From the IMG/VR virus record IMGVR_UViG_3300017784_000974, positions 1 through 39,819 of that record: a DNA stretch of 39,819 bases; one strand, 5' to 3'. Under the pieces are notes generated by a model, which ran no database searches, was not told the origin of the DNA, and saw nothing but the letters and a program-made list of their open reading frames with translations. Shown piece by piece: positions 28,888-37,521 of the stretch; the first letter of the stretch is position 1, and the number at the start of each line of letters is the position of its first letter. The DNA is from a virus (taxonomy: Duplodnaviria > Caudoviricetes). The position numbers were made by a program, and so were the translations under genes.

Positions 28888-29433
28888 TTAGAAGGGTAGG
28901 TCGTCATCAATGTCAGCGTCTGACCTTGAGACTCCTGCTCCTGATGAACTCGGTGCTTCGAAGCCGTCCTCCTCATCAAATTCATCAGAGCTACCCTCAT
29001 ACTCAACGAGGTTGATAACCTGAATCTTATCGATAGAGAATCCCCACTTGGCCCATTTCGACATGTAGAAGCGTGAGACAAGAACCTTAACATCGGTACC
29101 CCATCCAATGCTGCTAAGAATATCATTAGGAATACGGCGCTTCTTAGAATCAACTACAAGGGGTGCTTCATTATCTTCGCCCCGGGAGTTTTTTACATTC
29201 TTATGAAGGGACACATACGAACTATCCATGATAGCCGTAGGTTCTTTTACGGTCATGGTATTTGTTTCAGCAAGTTTCTGCATATCTTTATCCAAGGACA
29301 GAGCCAGTCCCCATCGAGGAGTAAAAGCAGTGTCAGGAAAATCAGGATGAAGGTGCCCATAAAAGAGCTTACCTGAGAGAACGAAACGTGAAGGTGAAGT
29401 ATCCATAGGCTGCTGTGCTGCCTTCTTTAACAT
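28888..29433 (-). CDS. Single-stranded DNA-binding protein (T7 gp2.5-like)
   Basis: P.VVD, IGWGTDVKV, IQVINLVEY, acidic tail ending DDDLPF; downstream of DNA polymerase. Confidence 0.75.
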   Translation of the reverse strand: MLKKAAQQPMDTSPSRFVLSGKLFYGHLHPDFPDTAFTPRWGLALSLDKDMQKLAETNTMTVKEPTAIMDSSYVSLHKNVKNSRGEDNEAPLVVDSKKRRIPNDILSSIGWGTDVKVLVSRFYMSKWAKWGFSIDKIQVINLVEYEGSSDEFDEEDGFEAPSSSGAGVSRSDADIDDDLPF

Positions 29434-29547
29434 ATCTTTATATCCTTTGTAAGGGTGTGTTTGTTCTAGGTGAGTGGCCGAGAACCGGGCCTACCATCTA
29501 GGTGGGGTTGGTCCGGGGCATCGTCAACCCCCGACCTGCAAAAAATC

Positions 29548-31242
29548 TCAGTGGGTCTCTGCCCAGTTTTCGCCAATTATAACTGAACAATCTAGGTCGC
29601 AATTAAACTCTAGAATTGTTTTGGTCTTCTTGATAGAAGCATGGGTCGCCTCTGTTAGTTCATCGACATCCTCCCTGTTAACTTCAAATTGAATTTCATC
29701 ATGAATATTAGCAACGGGTACTCCCCGAATTCTTTTTTGTTTAATCGCTTGATCGATCTGAACTAACCATGTTTTACAAATGATAGCCCCGGCACTTTGA
29801 AGTAAATAGTTTAGACCAGTATGTGGGAACTCAACAGGTATACGCCGTCCATCCAATCCCGTTATATAACCCCGTTGAACTGCTCGCTCTACCTTGTTCT
29901 TCAAGGTCTGAAGTTTGGGCAGGGATGACATGAAGGTGTCTATCATTGTCTTACCTTCTCGGGATCCTCCCCCTACAATCTGACCAATCTTGGAGGGACC
30001 TGCCCCATAAATCAAAGCATAGATAAATGTCTTGGCTTGATCTCGGGTAGCTAGTCCGGCTTTGTTCTGGTTGAAGGTATGGATATCCCCATCCAAAACT
30101 TCCCGTGTAAATTCTGAATCGTCCATGTAGTGGGCAAGACATCGAAGCTCAAGCCCCTCTGCATCAGTGCCAAGGAGTACGTTATTAACCCGGTCTTTAG
30201 GAACCCATAGGCTACGACATCTCTCACCATACTCGGCTCTTACAGAAGGCACCTGAGCCATGTTAGGACTGTTGTGTGTCATACGTCCCGTGACTGTACC
30301 TAAGGTTCTGACACTACCATGCACCATGTTATCTACATCAGCAGCGGAAATCCATGACTGAACATGGGCCTTTCTTTTCTGGAGTGTTAAATAATCCACC
30401 ATCTTCAAAGCCTCGATGCTCCCTATCTCTTTTAGGATTGTCTCATCAATCTTTGGCTGTCCAGTTGGCGTGAAATCTTTTGGTTCCCACCCAAACTCAT
30501 TAATCAGGCGATCACTAATTTGCTGACGGCTCCCCGGATTAAAGGGGATGATCTTTGTCTTTGTCTTCATATGAATCGTGGTAGGTTCAAAGATATCCTG
30601 AAGTTCTTTTTCGATAGTGTTAAGTTTATCCTCAAGAAAAGCGTAGAAGATCATGGCCTCTGGCATATCAAGACAGAAGCCATAGGCTTTTTGTTTGTCT
30701 ATGATGTATCTAACACTACGCTCCATTTGCAAAACATTCTCAGGTATACTTTTGTTGTTCCGCAAAGTCATCCATACTTTTGCATTTACTGCGACATCCC
30801 GCACACAATACTCAACCATCTTTTCAGTCAGGCCCCCGGTAAAATGGGTGAACTCCTGCTTTGGAAAGTTTAGTATCTTCCCCCAGTTTTTTAAAGAGTT
30901 ACCCCCTTCTCTTTTCGGGTCAGCAATCTGGGACATCAGTAGAGTATCCTCGGCCTGATGAATCTGTATGTCCATCTTTAATAGTCTATTGATAATTGGG
31001 ATATCGAAGCTGATAATATTATGGCCCACGAAAATAGTATCGTGTTCCCCCAAGAATCTTTTCCTGAAATCATTGAGGCTTGGATAACCGAAGCCCCCAC
31101 CATAGGTGAAGACCTCTGGAATTCCAAAGCTGACTTCTTGATTACTGATAAGGTCCACCCCCTGAATTACAACACAGTAAATCTTTGTGGCATCGAGACT
31201 GTCTGTCTCAATATCAATAATATATTTATGGGGTTTCTGCAT
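29548..31242 (-). CDS. polA: Family A DNA polymerase, T7-like, with 3'-5' exonuclease
   Basis: DIETD, GHNIISFD, YCVRDV, TGRMTH..PNMAQ, DAEGLELR, RDQAKTFIYALIYGAG, IHDE. Confidence 0.95.
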   Translation of the reverse strand: MQKPHKYIIDIETDSLDATKIYCVVIQGVDLISNQEVSFGIPEVFTYGGGFGYPSLNDFRKRFLGEHDTIFVGHNIISFDIPIINRLLKMDIQIHQAEDTLLMSQIADPKREGGNSLKNWGKILNFPKQEFTHFTGGLTEKMVEYCVRDVAVNAKVWMTLRNNKSIPENVLQMERSVRYIIDKQKAYGFCLDMPEAMIFYAFLEDKLNTIEKELQDIFEPTTIHMKTKTKIIPFNPGSRQQISDRLINEFGWEPKDFTPTGQPKIDETILKEIGSIEALKMVDYLTLQKRKAHVQSWISAADVDNMVHGSVRTLGTVTGRMTHNSPNMAQVPSVRAEYGERCRSLWVPKDRVNNVLLGTDAEGLELRCLAHYMDDSEFTREVLDGDIHTFNQNKAGLATRDQAKTFIYALIYGAGPSKIGQIVGGGSREGKTMIDTFMSSLPKLQTLKNKVERAVQRGYITGLDGRRIPVEFPHTGLNYLLQSAGAIICKTWLVQIDQAIKQKRIRGVPVANIHDEIQFEVNREDVDELTEATHASIKKTKTILEFNCDLDCSVIIGENWAETH

Positions 31243-32200
31243 CTATCATTCCCCTAATCATTTCTTCAAAGCCGATTGTTGGTTCCCATCCTAAATCATA
31301 CCGTGCCTTGTCTGCGTTTCCACAGAGCCTTGTGACATCGTTAGGTCTGAGATCTTCTGGTGTATTGTGTTCAACAATCTTTGTCCAATCGGTGATGCCA
31401 ATATGGTTAAACGTTATGTCCAAAAGATCACGGATAGATCGGGTACTTCCCGTTGCCAGAACATAGTCGTCTGGGTCTTTGTTGTCAAGCATCATCGTCA
31501 TGCCCCTCACATAATCAGGTGCCCAGCCCCAGTCCCTCACCGATTCGATGTTGCCCAGCTTGAGCTTATGATCTGACGAAGGAACATAGCGTCTGTAATC
31601 TGCCACGAATGAGGTGATCTTCCGGGTCACAAAGTCTTTACCACGCCGGGAACTTTCGTGATTAAACAGGATACCTGAGCAGGCAAACAACCCGTATGAT
31701 TCTCGGTAAAGCTTTACCATGTGATGTGCCGCTGTCTTTGCCACGCCATAAGGAGATGCTGGGCTAAGTCTAGTCTGTTCGTTGGCCATCCCTGATAGCA
31801 CTGTTCCAAACATCTCAGAGGTTGATGCCTGATAGAACTTGGTACGGGGAGATGTCAGTCTAATTGATTCGAGCATTCCCAGTACTGCATTGGCATTCAC
31901 TTCAAAAGTTACATCAGGATTTTCAAAACTGTAGCCAACATGACTCTGTGCTGCCAGATTATAGAACTCAGTAGGCTTCTCATTTTTAATCAACGTCATT
32001 ATAAAAGATGTATCGCAAATATCTCCTTCAATCTCTTGGTACTTCGGAAGAAAATTAGTACGTTGATTATCTCTAGATGAATGACGGCGGCATACACCGA
32101 CGACTTCGTATCCTTTATTTAGTAGCAGTCTACTTAGGTAGTATCCATCTTGTCCACGGACACCAGTGATGATGGCTCGTTTGTTTATTTGTGATGTCAT
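31226..32200 (-). CDS. gmd: GDP-mannose 4,6-dehydratase
   Basis: AIITGVRGQDGYYL, YNLAAQSHV..SF, FYQASTSEMFG, SPYGVAK, GILFNHES..RG..FVTRKI, LGN..SVRDWG.A.DYV. Confidence 0.93.
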   Translation of the reverse strand: MTSQINKRAIITGVRGQDGYYLSRLLLNKGYEVVGVCRRHSSRDNQRTNFLPKYQEIEGDICDTSFIMTLIKNEKPTEFYNLAAQSHVGYSFENPDVTFEVNANAVLGMLESIRLTSPRTKFYQASTSEMFGTVLSGMANEQTRLSPASPYGVAKTAAHHMVKLYRESYGLFACSGILFNHESSRRGKDFVTRKITSFVADYRRYVPSSDHKLKLGNIESVRDWGWAPDYVRGMTMMLDNKDPDDYVLATGSTRSIRDLLDITFNHIGITDWTKIVEHNTPEDLRPNDVTRLCGNADKARYDLGWEPTIGFEEMIRGMIDAETP

Positions 32201-33882
32201 CAGAAACTCTCCTGTGTGTTATCGAAGTCATCAAATACTTCGGTCATTCTTCCGGTCTCTTTACACCAGAGAAGTTTACTACCGGGTCCTGACTCACCGG
32301 AGAATCGGTTCTTCAGTACACGAAGCTGTGTGGTGTTACGAGTGATCGGGTCTTCTGCTTGGCTGTCCCTTTCCAGACCAATGACTATGTCTGAAAGCTG
32401 GCCAATACCAGCGGAGCCTCGTAGTTGTGAAAGCGTTGTGACCCCGCCAATCTCATGACCACCACCCTGTGGCCTCTTAAGATGGGAGACAATGAACAGT
32501 GCGATATTAGTTTCTTGCACCAGCATTCTCAGCTTTGTCACGATTTCGTCTAGTGCTTTGCGCTCATCCCCATTTTCTTGGGACGATACGATGATTGAGA
32601 TGTGATCAAGAAAGATGTACTGGCACTCTAAACCTTTGGCCATATACCTGATACGACTAACGATGTTGTCGATCTCGGTTGATCCGAAATGATCATAGAG
32701 ATATACACGTCCTGAACCTACAGTATTCTTGAAGGCAGTTTTTAATTCATCCTTGGTGTATGTGGTGGTTGGGAGATGGAACTGTTTGTTAGCATCAATG
32801 GACATAAGCCCAAGGCCTGTACGTCTGATGCTCTCTTCCATAAACAAAGCACCTATTTTTTCGTCGGTATTTTGTAGGATATGGTAGATAATTTCTTTGA
32901 GGATTGCCGACTTACCGATACCAGATCCGGCAGTGACCGTGACAAGCTCACCTTTACGGATGCCATATGTCAGATCATTAAGAGCCTGCCATGGATAGTC
33001 GATTGATTCGTTAGTGAGTTCTGTGCTGACGATATCCCAGATGTCTGTGCCACATACGATACCATCAGGGCTGATCGGCTTTGCTTCCCACCATTCCCGG
33101 ATGAACCCTGCACTGTCATTGGCCATCAGATATTCACAAGGATCTTTCCGATGCATAGGCATGATCAGGCACTGACCTACCTCAAAGATCTGACTCAGTT
33201 TCTCTGCCGCTTCTTTACCCGGCTTGTCGTTGTCCAGAGCCAAGACAACCTTGTCGTACTGATTAAAGAACTCCAGATTTTTTCTGATATCTTTCTCGGC
33301 GGAGTTGGCACCAGACTTCAGGGATACAACGGGCCACTTTGATCCGAGCATCTGGTAAGCTGCTAGGGCATCAAGCTCTCCTTCCACAAGCGTGATGAAC
33401 TTCCCTCTGCCAGAGAATAACTGCTGCCCAAACAAGGATGCATCCGTGAACGATCCGTTATTAGATGTCATGATGGAGAACGCTTTATTCTCCACGTCTC
33501 GCTTTTTATATGCGAGAATTTTCTGACCGTCGTAATCGTAATAAGGATAGGCGTGGCTGATAATACTCCCGTTGGTATCTTTACGAACTTTAACACCATA
33601 CTTTTCTGATGTCAGTAAACTGATGTTACGATCAGAGATTGACTCAGTCTTGAATTTAGAATCCATAGTCTCTCCTTTATTATGTATGCGTTCGTGAGGT
33701 ACATAATCTGATTTATCTGTGTCTGTCTTTTTACAGACGAAGCAGTGGAAATGTGTACTGATTTCTCCCCTTTGATTCGTATCCCTATACTCCGAGTTCC
33801 CATCTGAACTACCACAGTTTTTGCAAGGCACATGTCGTACAAAAACTGAGTCCCTTACCAGATTATTTTCTAACATGGTCAC
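32200..33882 (-). CDS. T7 gp4-like primase-helicase
   Basis: Zn finger CKNC..CFVC, TOPRIM EGELDA and DND..G, Walker A AGSGIGKS, LDHISI, VSHLKR, LRGS..I.QLSD, LKNRF.G. Confidence 0.95.
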   Translation of the reverse strand: MTMLENNLVRDSVFVRHVPCKNCGSSDGNSEYRDTNQRGEISTHFHCFVCKKTDTDKSDYVPHERIHNKGETMDSKFKTESISDRNISLLTSEKYGVKVRKDTNGSIISHAYPYYDYDGQKILAYKKRDVENKAFSIMTSNNGSFTDASLFGQQLFSGRGKFITLVEGELDALAAYQMLGSKWPVVSLKSGANSAEKDIRKNLEFFNQYDKVVLALDNDKPGKEAAEKLSQIFEVGQCLIMPMHRKDPCEYLMANDSAGFIREWWEAKPISPDGIVCGTDIWDIVSTELTNESIDYPWQALNDLTYGIRKGELVTVTAGSGIGKSAILKEIIYHILQNTDEKIGALFMEESIRRTGLGLMSIDANKQFHLPTTTYTKDELKTAFKNTVGSGRVYLYDHFGSTEIDNIVSRIRYMAKGLECQYIFLDHISIIVSSQENGDERKALDEIVTKLRMLVQETNIALFIVSHLKRPQGGGHEIGGVTTLSQLRGSAGIGQLSDIVIGLERDSQAEDPITRNTTQLRVLKNRFSGESGPGSKLLWCKETGRMTEVFDDFDNTQESF

Positions 33883-34198
33883 TCCAAAATATACTTGATA
33901 GGTTGTTGGTTATTACTTCAAAACCATCTACATTATTATTAAGTTCCTCAAAGTGTATTGAGTAGAGCGTTGTTATAGACTCGAACAACTCTTTTATCTT
34001 ACTTGAGTTAAGTTGTTGGTCCTCCAGTAGGGGGGCTTCCATTGGTAAGGTCGCCATGTAGTTAAGTACTGAACCAATATCTTCAAGGATGGTCCATGTT
34101 TTTAACACAGATGTCTTAACCTTTTCTTGTTGATATAGAAGACTACTAACTTGTAGTCTTAGGTATGCAGCTTCTGTATTCTCATAAGTCTCGGTCAT
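33863..34198 (-). CDS. Hypothetical protein
   Basis: 111 aa in operon, overlaps primase start. Confidence 0.55.
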   Translation of the reverse strand: MTETYENTEAAYLRLQVSSLLYQQEKVKTSVLKTWTILEDIGSVLNYMATLPMEAPLLEDQQLNSSKIKELFESITTLYSIHFEELNNNVDGFEVITNNLSSIFWSDHVRK

Positions 34199-34202
34199 TT
34201 TA

Positions 34203-34391
34203 TTATATTACTTTCCGTTGGATTTTATCGTATTCTAGGAACCATACAGCTACGATTGCGCCCAGTGCCATTAGACCAATCATACCCCACGGGCCAAAGA
34301 AGTAGATAGCTGTACTCAGTACCGCTCCCCCTAAGGCTAGCAAAGCAAGGTATTTGAAAGTGCGTAAGCTGGCTAACATAATAGCGGGCAT
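34203..34391 (-). CDS. Small two-helix membrane protein
   Basis: AAGGAG RBS; two hydrophobic segments. Confidence 0.65.
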   Translation of the reverse strand: MPAIMLASLRTFKYLALLALGGAVLSTAIYFFGPWGMIGLMALGAIVAVWFLEYDKIQRKVI

Positions 34392-34459
34392 GTCTTGTTC
34401 TCCTTGGGTCTATATATATATATATGTTACAGAAGAAAATTCCTGATCGGGAATAAGGG

Positions 34460-34536
34460 TGGTGAACGAGGTAGGACTCGAACCTACGACATGCGGCTTA
34501 GAAGGCCGCTGCTCTATCCAACTGAGCTACTCGTCC
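34460..34536 (-). tRNA. tRNA-Arg (anticodon UCU) with encoded CCA
   Basis: GGACGAG TA GCTC AGTTGGATA GAGC A GCGGC CTTCTAA GCCGC ATGTC GTAGG TTCGAGT CCTAC CTCGTTC ACCA; all four stems pair. Confidence 0.97.
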
Positions 34537-35212
34537 ATGCGTTAGGCATTACTTCATCTGAATAAATAATAGCCTTGACTTCCTCGGCTATTTTCCGGTG
34601 CTCATATTGGGTTTCCGGGGATGCTCTGATATCAACATAGTGCATCCATGATCTGAGAGTTCCGTGCATAAACAGGCGGGTCTTTGTCTGGCCCTCAGGG
34701 AGCACACCCCTTGCCACCTCCTTAGCCAAGCCCCGCTCTAGTGCCCACTTATAAGCCCTTGAAGATACCTGATTAACCTCGATCTGTTTCCGGTACCATT
34801 CGTCTATCAGTTTCTGATCATCAGGGGAATTATCCGTGAGGTGGATAGAGTTCTGTCTATTATTTAAATCCTGAAACCGTGGGGCTGAGTAATAGGGATC
34901 TCCTGATTCTAGGTTTGTCGAGTATCTTGTAGAGAATTCTTGGAATGAGAAGCTCCTGTGCCTCAGCATTTGCCTTGAGATATCCCGTGTTGTGTGTATT
35001 TCCAGACACATTGATACCATCTCAAAGGGGGACCAGTGCTTATGTTTAATCAGATAGTTTAATAACTTCTTGTCTCTGGCTACATCAAGAACCTGTGATG
35101 GTCTGGGGTCCTCGGGATTAGATACCCGGGCATAGTGGAGCACTGATTGTTCGGGTGTCATACCGGGGATGCTTGATACGTGGCTCAGTTTAACCATTGA
35201 GATCAGGTTCAT
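34514..35212 (-). CDS. thyX: Flavin-dependent thymidylate synthase
   Basis: ARVS, HWSPFE, RQMLRHRSFSFQEFSTRY signature, KEVARGVLP, GTLRSW.HY..R...TQ.EHR. Confidence 0.93.
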   Translation of the reverse strand: MNLISMVKLSHVSSIPGMTPEQSVLHYARVSNPEDPRPSQVLDVARDKKLLNYLIKHKHWSPFEMVSMCLEIHTTRDISRQMLRHRSFSFQEFSTRYSTNLESGDPYYSAPRFQDLNNRQNSIHLTDNSPDDQKLIDEWYRKQIEVNQVSSRAYKWALERGLAKEVARGVLPEGQTKTRLFMHGTLRSWMHYVDIRASPETQYEHRKIAEEVKAIIYSDEVMPNAWTSSSVG

Positions 35213-35356
35213 GTTTGTATAGGTCCTCTTATGTATATCAATGTGTATACACAGGGTAGGGAAACATCCCGTGTTTCCTGTCTATACCACGGTGGACCCC
35301 CCGTGTCCATGGAAATATTCTGTGTGCGTGTGTCATCCTGTGTCACTCCGGGGGGG

Positions 35357-35385
35357 TTGACAAGGTCTCATCCGTGTGATAGGCT
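35357..35385 (+). promoter_or_regulatory. Sigma70-type promoter, antisense to the surrounding genes
   Basis: TTGACA-17 nt-TAGGCT with extended -10 TGn. Confidence 0.6.
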
Positions 35386-35442
35386 TGGCGTAGGAACCCG
35401 GGGATACTAGGTATATACCTTGTATAGTTCTTACTTCTCTGT

Positions 35443-35562
35443 GTAGCTCTGTGTAGCTCTGTGTCTATCTAGGATAGTAATCCTTAATATTTCTTACTCT
35501 ACCTGATAAGGTACATTAGGTATCCAAGAATATTAAGGATACAAAGAGCTACACAGAGCTAC
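35443..35562. repeat. Nested inverted repeat (18-bp outer arms, 12-bp inner arms) with short tandem repeats
   Basis: gtagctctgtgtagctct 35443-35460 / agagctacacagagctac 35545-35562; atccttaatatt 35480-35491 / aatattaaggat 35529-35540. Confidence 0.9.
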
Positions 35563-35801
35563 TCCTAGCTACTCCTAGATCCGGCGGGCGTATATTTTTA
35601 TGTATATGACATACAAAGATGATTATTAACCATGATATATCCTTATGTTTTCAGGGATGTGTATGTGTATATATCCCGGCAGTAATGGGCTACTCATATA
35701 GGGATCAACCGGGTCGTACATGGGATACCCACACCTCTCAGTTTCCCCTACATAGGAGCCCCGTGGAGACGTTGTCTTAACTTCGGGGTACCGGGGCACT
35801 A

Positions 35802-36221
35802 CTAAGTATGAAACACATGTCTCACTGCGTAGCTTTGGAGCATGTAGCGGCACATGTTGCAGGGCTTAGAGGATGCTGTGTCTCCCTTCTTGCTGAAACG
35901 AACGATAAAGATATCGGCATCCCTGAGTGCATCGATCCCATGTTTGTTAATGCATTTGATCACTGCATCAGTCTCGGCATGAAGATAAATTCTCTCAGGC
36001 TTCCCAAGCTTCTGGGCAAAATGAGCCTGTAAGGGGTGTGTCTTCAGTTTATTACGACCCAGAGACAGGATCCTGCCTCTGGATCCGGTGATCATAGCAA
36101 CATGATTAGATGAGTGAGAAATGGGGCGTTGTCTTGACATAGTGGGATACTGATTGTAATATCTCCGGAGTTTAAGAATTATTCCCTCATATATGTCATC
36201 GTCTTCTCGGAATAGTTTCAT
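35802..36221 (-). CDS. Zn-dependent cytidine/deoxycytidylate deaminase-fold protein
   Basis: HAE...SKPCNMC motif, G.N..KTHP. Confidence 0.8.
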   Translation of the reverse strand: MKLFREDDDIYEGIILKLRRYYNQYPTMSRQRPISHSSNHVAMITGSRGRILSLGRNKLKTHPLQAHFAQKLGKPERIYLHAETDAVIKCINKHGIDALRDADIFIVRFSKKGDTASSKPCNMCRYMLQSYAVRHVFHT

Positions 36222-36391
36222 CTTATATTATCCAGACCACTATAGTAAGCGTCGAGGTCTGAAAGAAACTGATTGATCTCAGTCAAGGTCAGGTCCTCAT
36301 AAGGTGTTGCACTGACGGTCTCAATATAATCCCGGATTAGATCACTATGAGAGGGTGCGGGAGGGGTAACAGTCTCTTTGTCATTCGTCAT
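36218..36391 (-). CDS. Unlisted 57-aa acidic protein
   Basis: Hand translation MTNDKETVTPPAPSHSDLIRDYIETV...SGLDNIR*; ATGA overlap with deaminase start. Confidence 0.55.
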   Translation of the reverse strand: MTNDKETVTPPAPSHSDLIRDYIETVSATPYEDLTLTEINQFLSDLDAYYSGLDNIR

Positions 36392-36509
36392 AATATTATT
36401 ATTATTACCTCGTCATGTTAGAGTGTAAGATGAGGACCATGGTATGATTATACTGGAATAATAAGCAGAAGCGGGATTACCATGATGTCTCCACGTTGTG
36501 GTGAAAGGT

Positions 36510-36543
36510 GGGGGGGACCCCAGATAGTCCGGGGCCTCCCCCC
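36510..36543. other. GC-rich stem-loop (terminator or processing site)
   Basis: GGGGGGA CCCC agatagtcc GGGG cc TCCCCCC; only a short U-run follows on the minus strand. Confidence 0.5.
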
Positions 36544-36550
36544 ATAGTAA

Positions 36551-36622
36551 TTACTTCGGCATGTTAGAGTTTACGATGAGGACCAGTATGATTACTGGGA
36601 TGATAAACAGAAAGACTTCCAT
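36551..36622 (-). CDS. Unlisted 23-aa hydrophobic peptide
   Basis: MEVFLFIIPVIILVLIVNSNMPK*; TGATG overlap with DUF932 stop. Confidence 0.5.
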   Translation of the reverse strand: MEVFLFIIPVIILVLIVNSNMPK

Positions 36623-37521
36623 CAGTGAGCCATGGAACAAAGGGTTTTCCAAGCCTCAGATTTAACCCATGAATTAACTTGGGTACTACGCCGATCCAGC
36701 CTTTCGTGATGTGTGTCATTAGCAGAACGACTGAGGCCAAACCTTGTTGAATCATGGGATGCAAAGAATGTCATAGCACTATACATGGACCACAGGTTAT
36801 GACCACGTACCCCGGTCTCATCAAGGTACTGATCCCATAGCTTATGACCCATACGATTCATCATCCCTCGATCAAGTGAATGCCTGTGGCCAAGATTATC
36901 TGGATCATCATCATCATAAGTATTTTTATTAGGAAGAATCTTTTCGATGAACTTAAGGGCGGTATCTTGGCCCAACGGGGTGTTAGCCATACGATTATAT
37001 CGGTTAGCATGACTTGAATACTGGGTCAGGGCCTGATCAAGAATTCCTTCCATGTCAGGAATTTCGTGAGCACCCTTGTGAACCCTCTTGAACACATCGA
37101 ATTCACCATGGATCATCCCGTTAGTACAGAAGAAGTCGATGGCCCCGAACAAAACCCTGTTAGAACCCGAGCCGTCAAAACTATTATCCACAATAATACG
37201 AAACCCTAATTTGGTTTCGTGTTTGTCATTCTTGATCTGGCGCTCAACATTGGGGAACACATATTCTCTCCATGTCCGGGCCATACCACGGCTCTGATGG
37301 TTAACGACATCGTAGCTTTGACCCGACATCTCATTACGAATGGCGGTCTCAACCTTGTCAAAGACCTCTGGATTAGAGATAACTCTGAAATTTTTACCAA
37401 CAATCCCCAGAACATTGTTTGTCACGGGATGCAGGATTGCTTTGTGATTAGGGGCCAAGATCCCATGAACCGTTGAGATGTCCTGTACAACAGGCTCAAA
37501 TGCGAGATCCATAACACTCAT
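36622..37521 (-). CDS. DUF932-family protein
   Basis: AAGGAG RBS; LGIVG..F.VI.N.E.F, NSFDGSG, FFCTNGMI, H.G, NLWS.YSAMT.FASH. Confidence 0.8.
   Translation of the reverse strand: MSVMDLAFEPVVQDISTVHGILAPNHKAILHPVTNNVLGIVGKNFRVISNPEVFDKVETAIRNEMSGQSYDVVNHQSRGMARTWREYVFPNVERQIKNDKHETKLGFRIIVDNSFDGSGSNRVLFGAIDFFCTNGMIHGEFDVFKRVHKGAHEIPDMEGILDQALTQYSSHANRYNRMANTPLGQDTALKFIEKILPNKNTYDDDDPDNLGHRHSLDRGMMNRMGHKLWDQYLDETGVRGHNLWSMYSAMTFFASHDSTRFGLSRSANDTHHERLDRRSTQVNSWVKSEAWKTLCSMAH

Noticed and set aside
34460-34536. tRNA as prophage attachment site
   Set aside because: Complete tRNA flanked by phage genes on both sides; no integrase or duplicated 3' end
20171-35212. Classical hmC/hmU-glycosylation DNA hypermodification pathway
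   Set aside because: No hydroxymethylase, DNA methyltransferase or intact TET/JBP oxygenase in the window and ThyX looks canonical; kept only as a less favoured alternative
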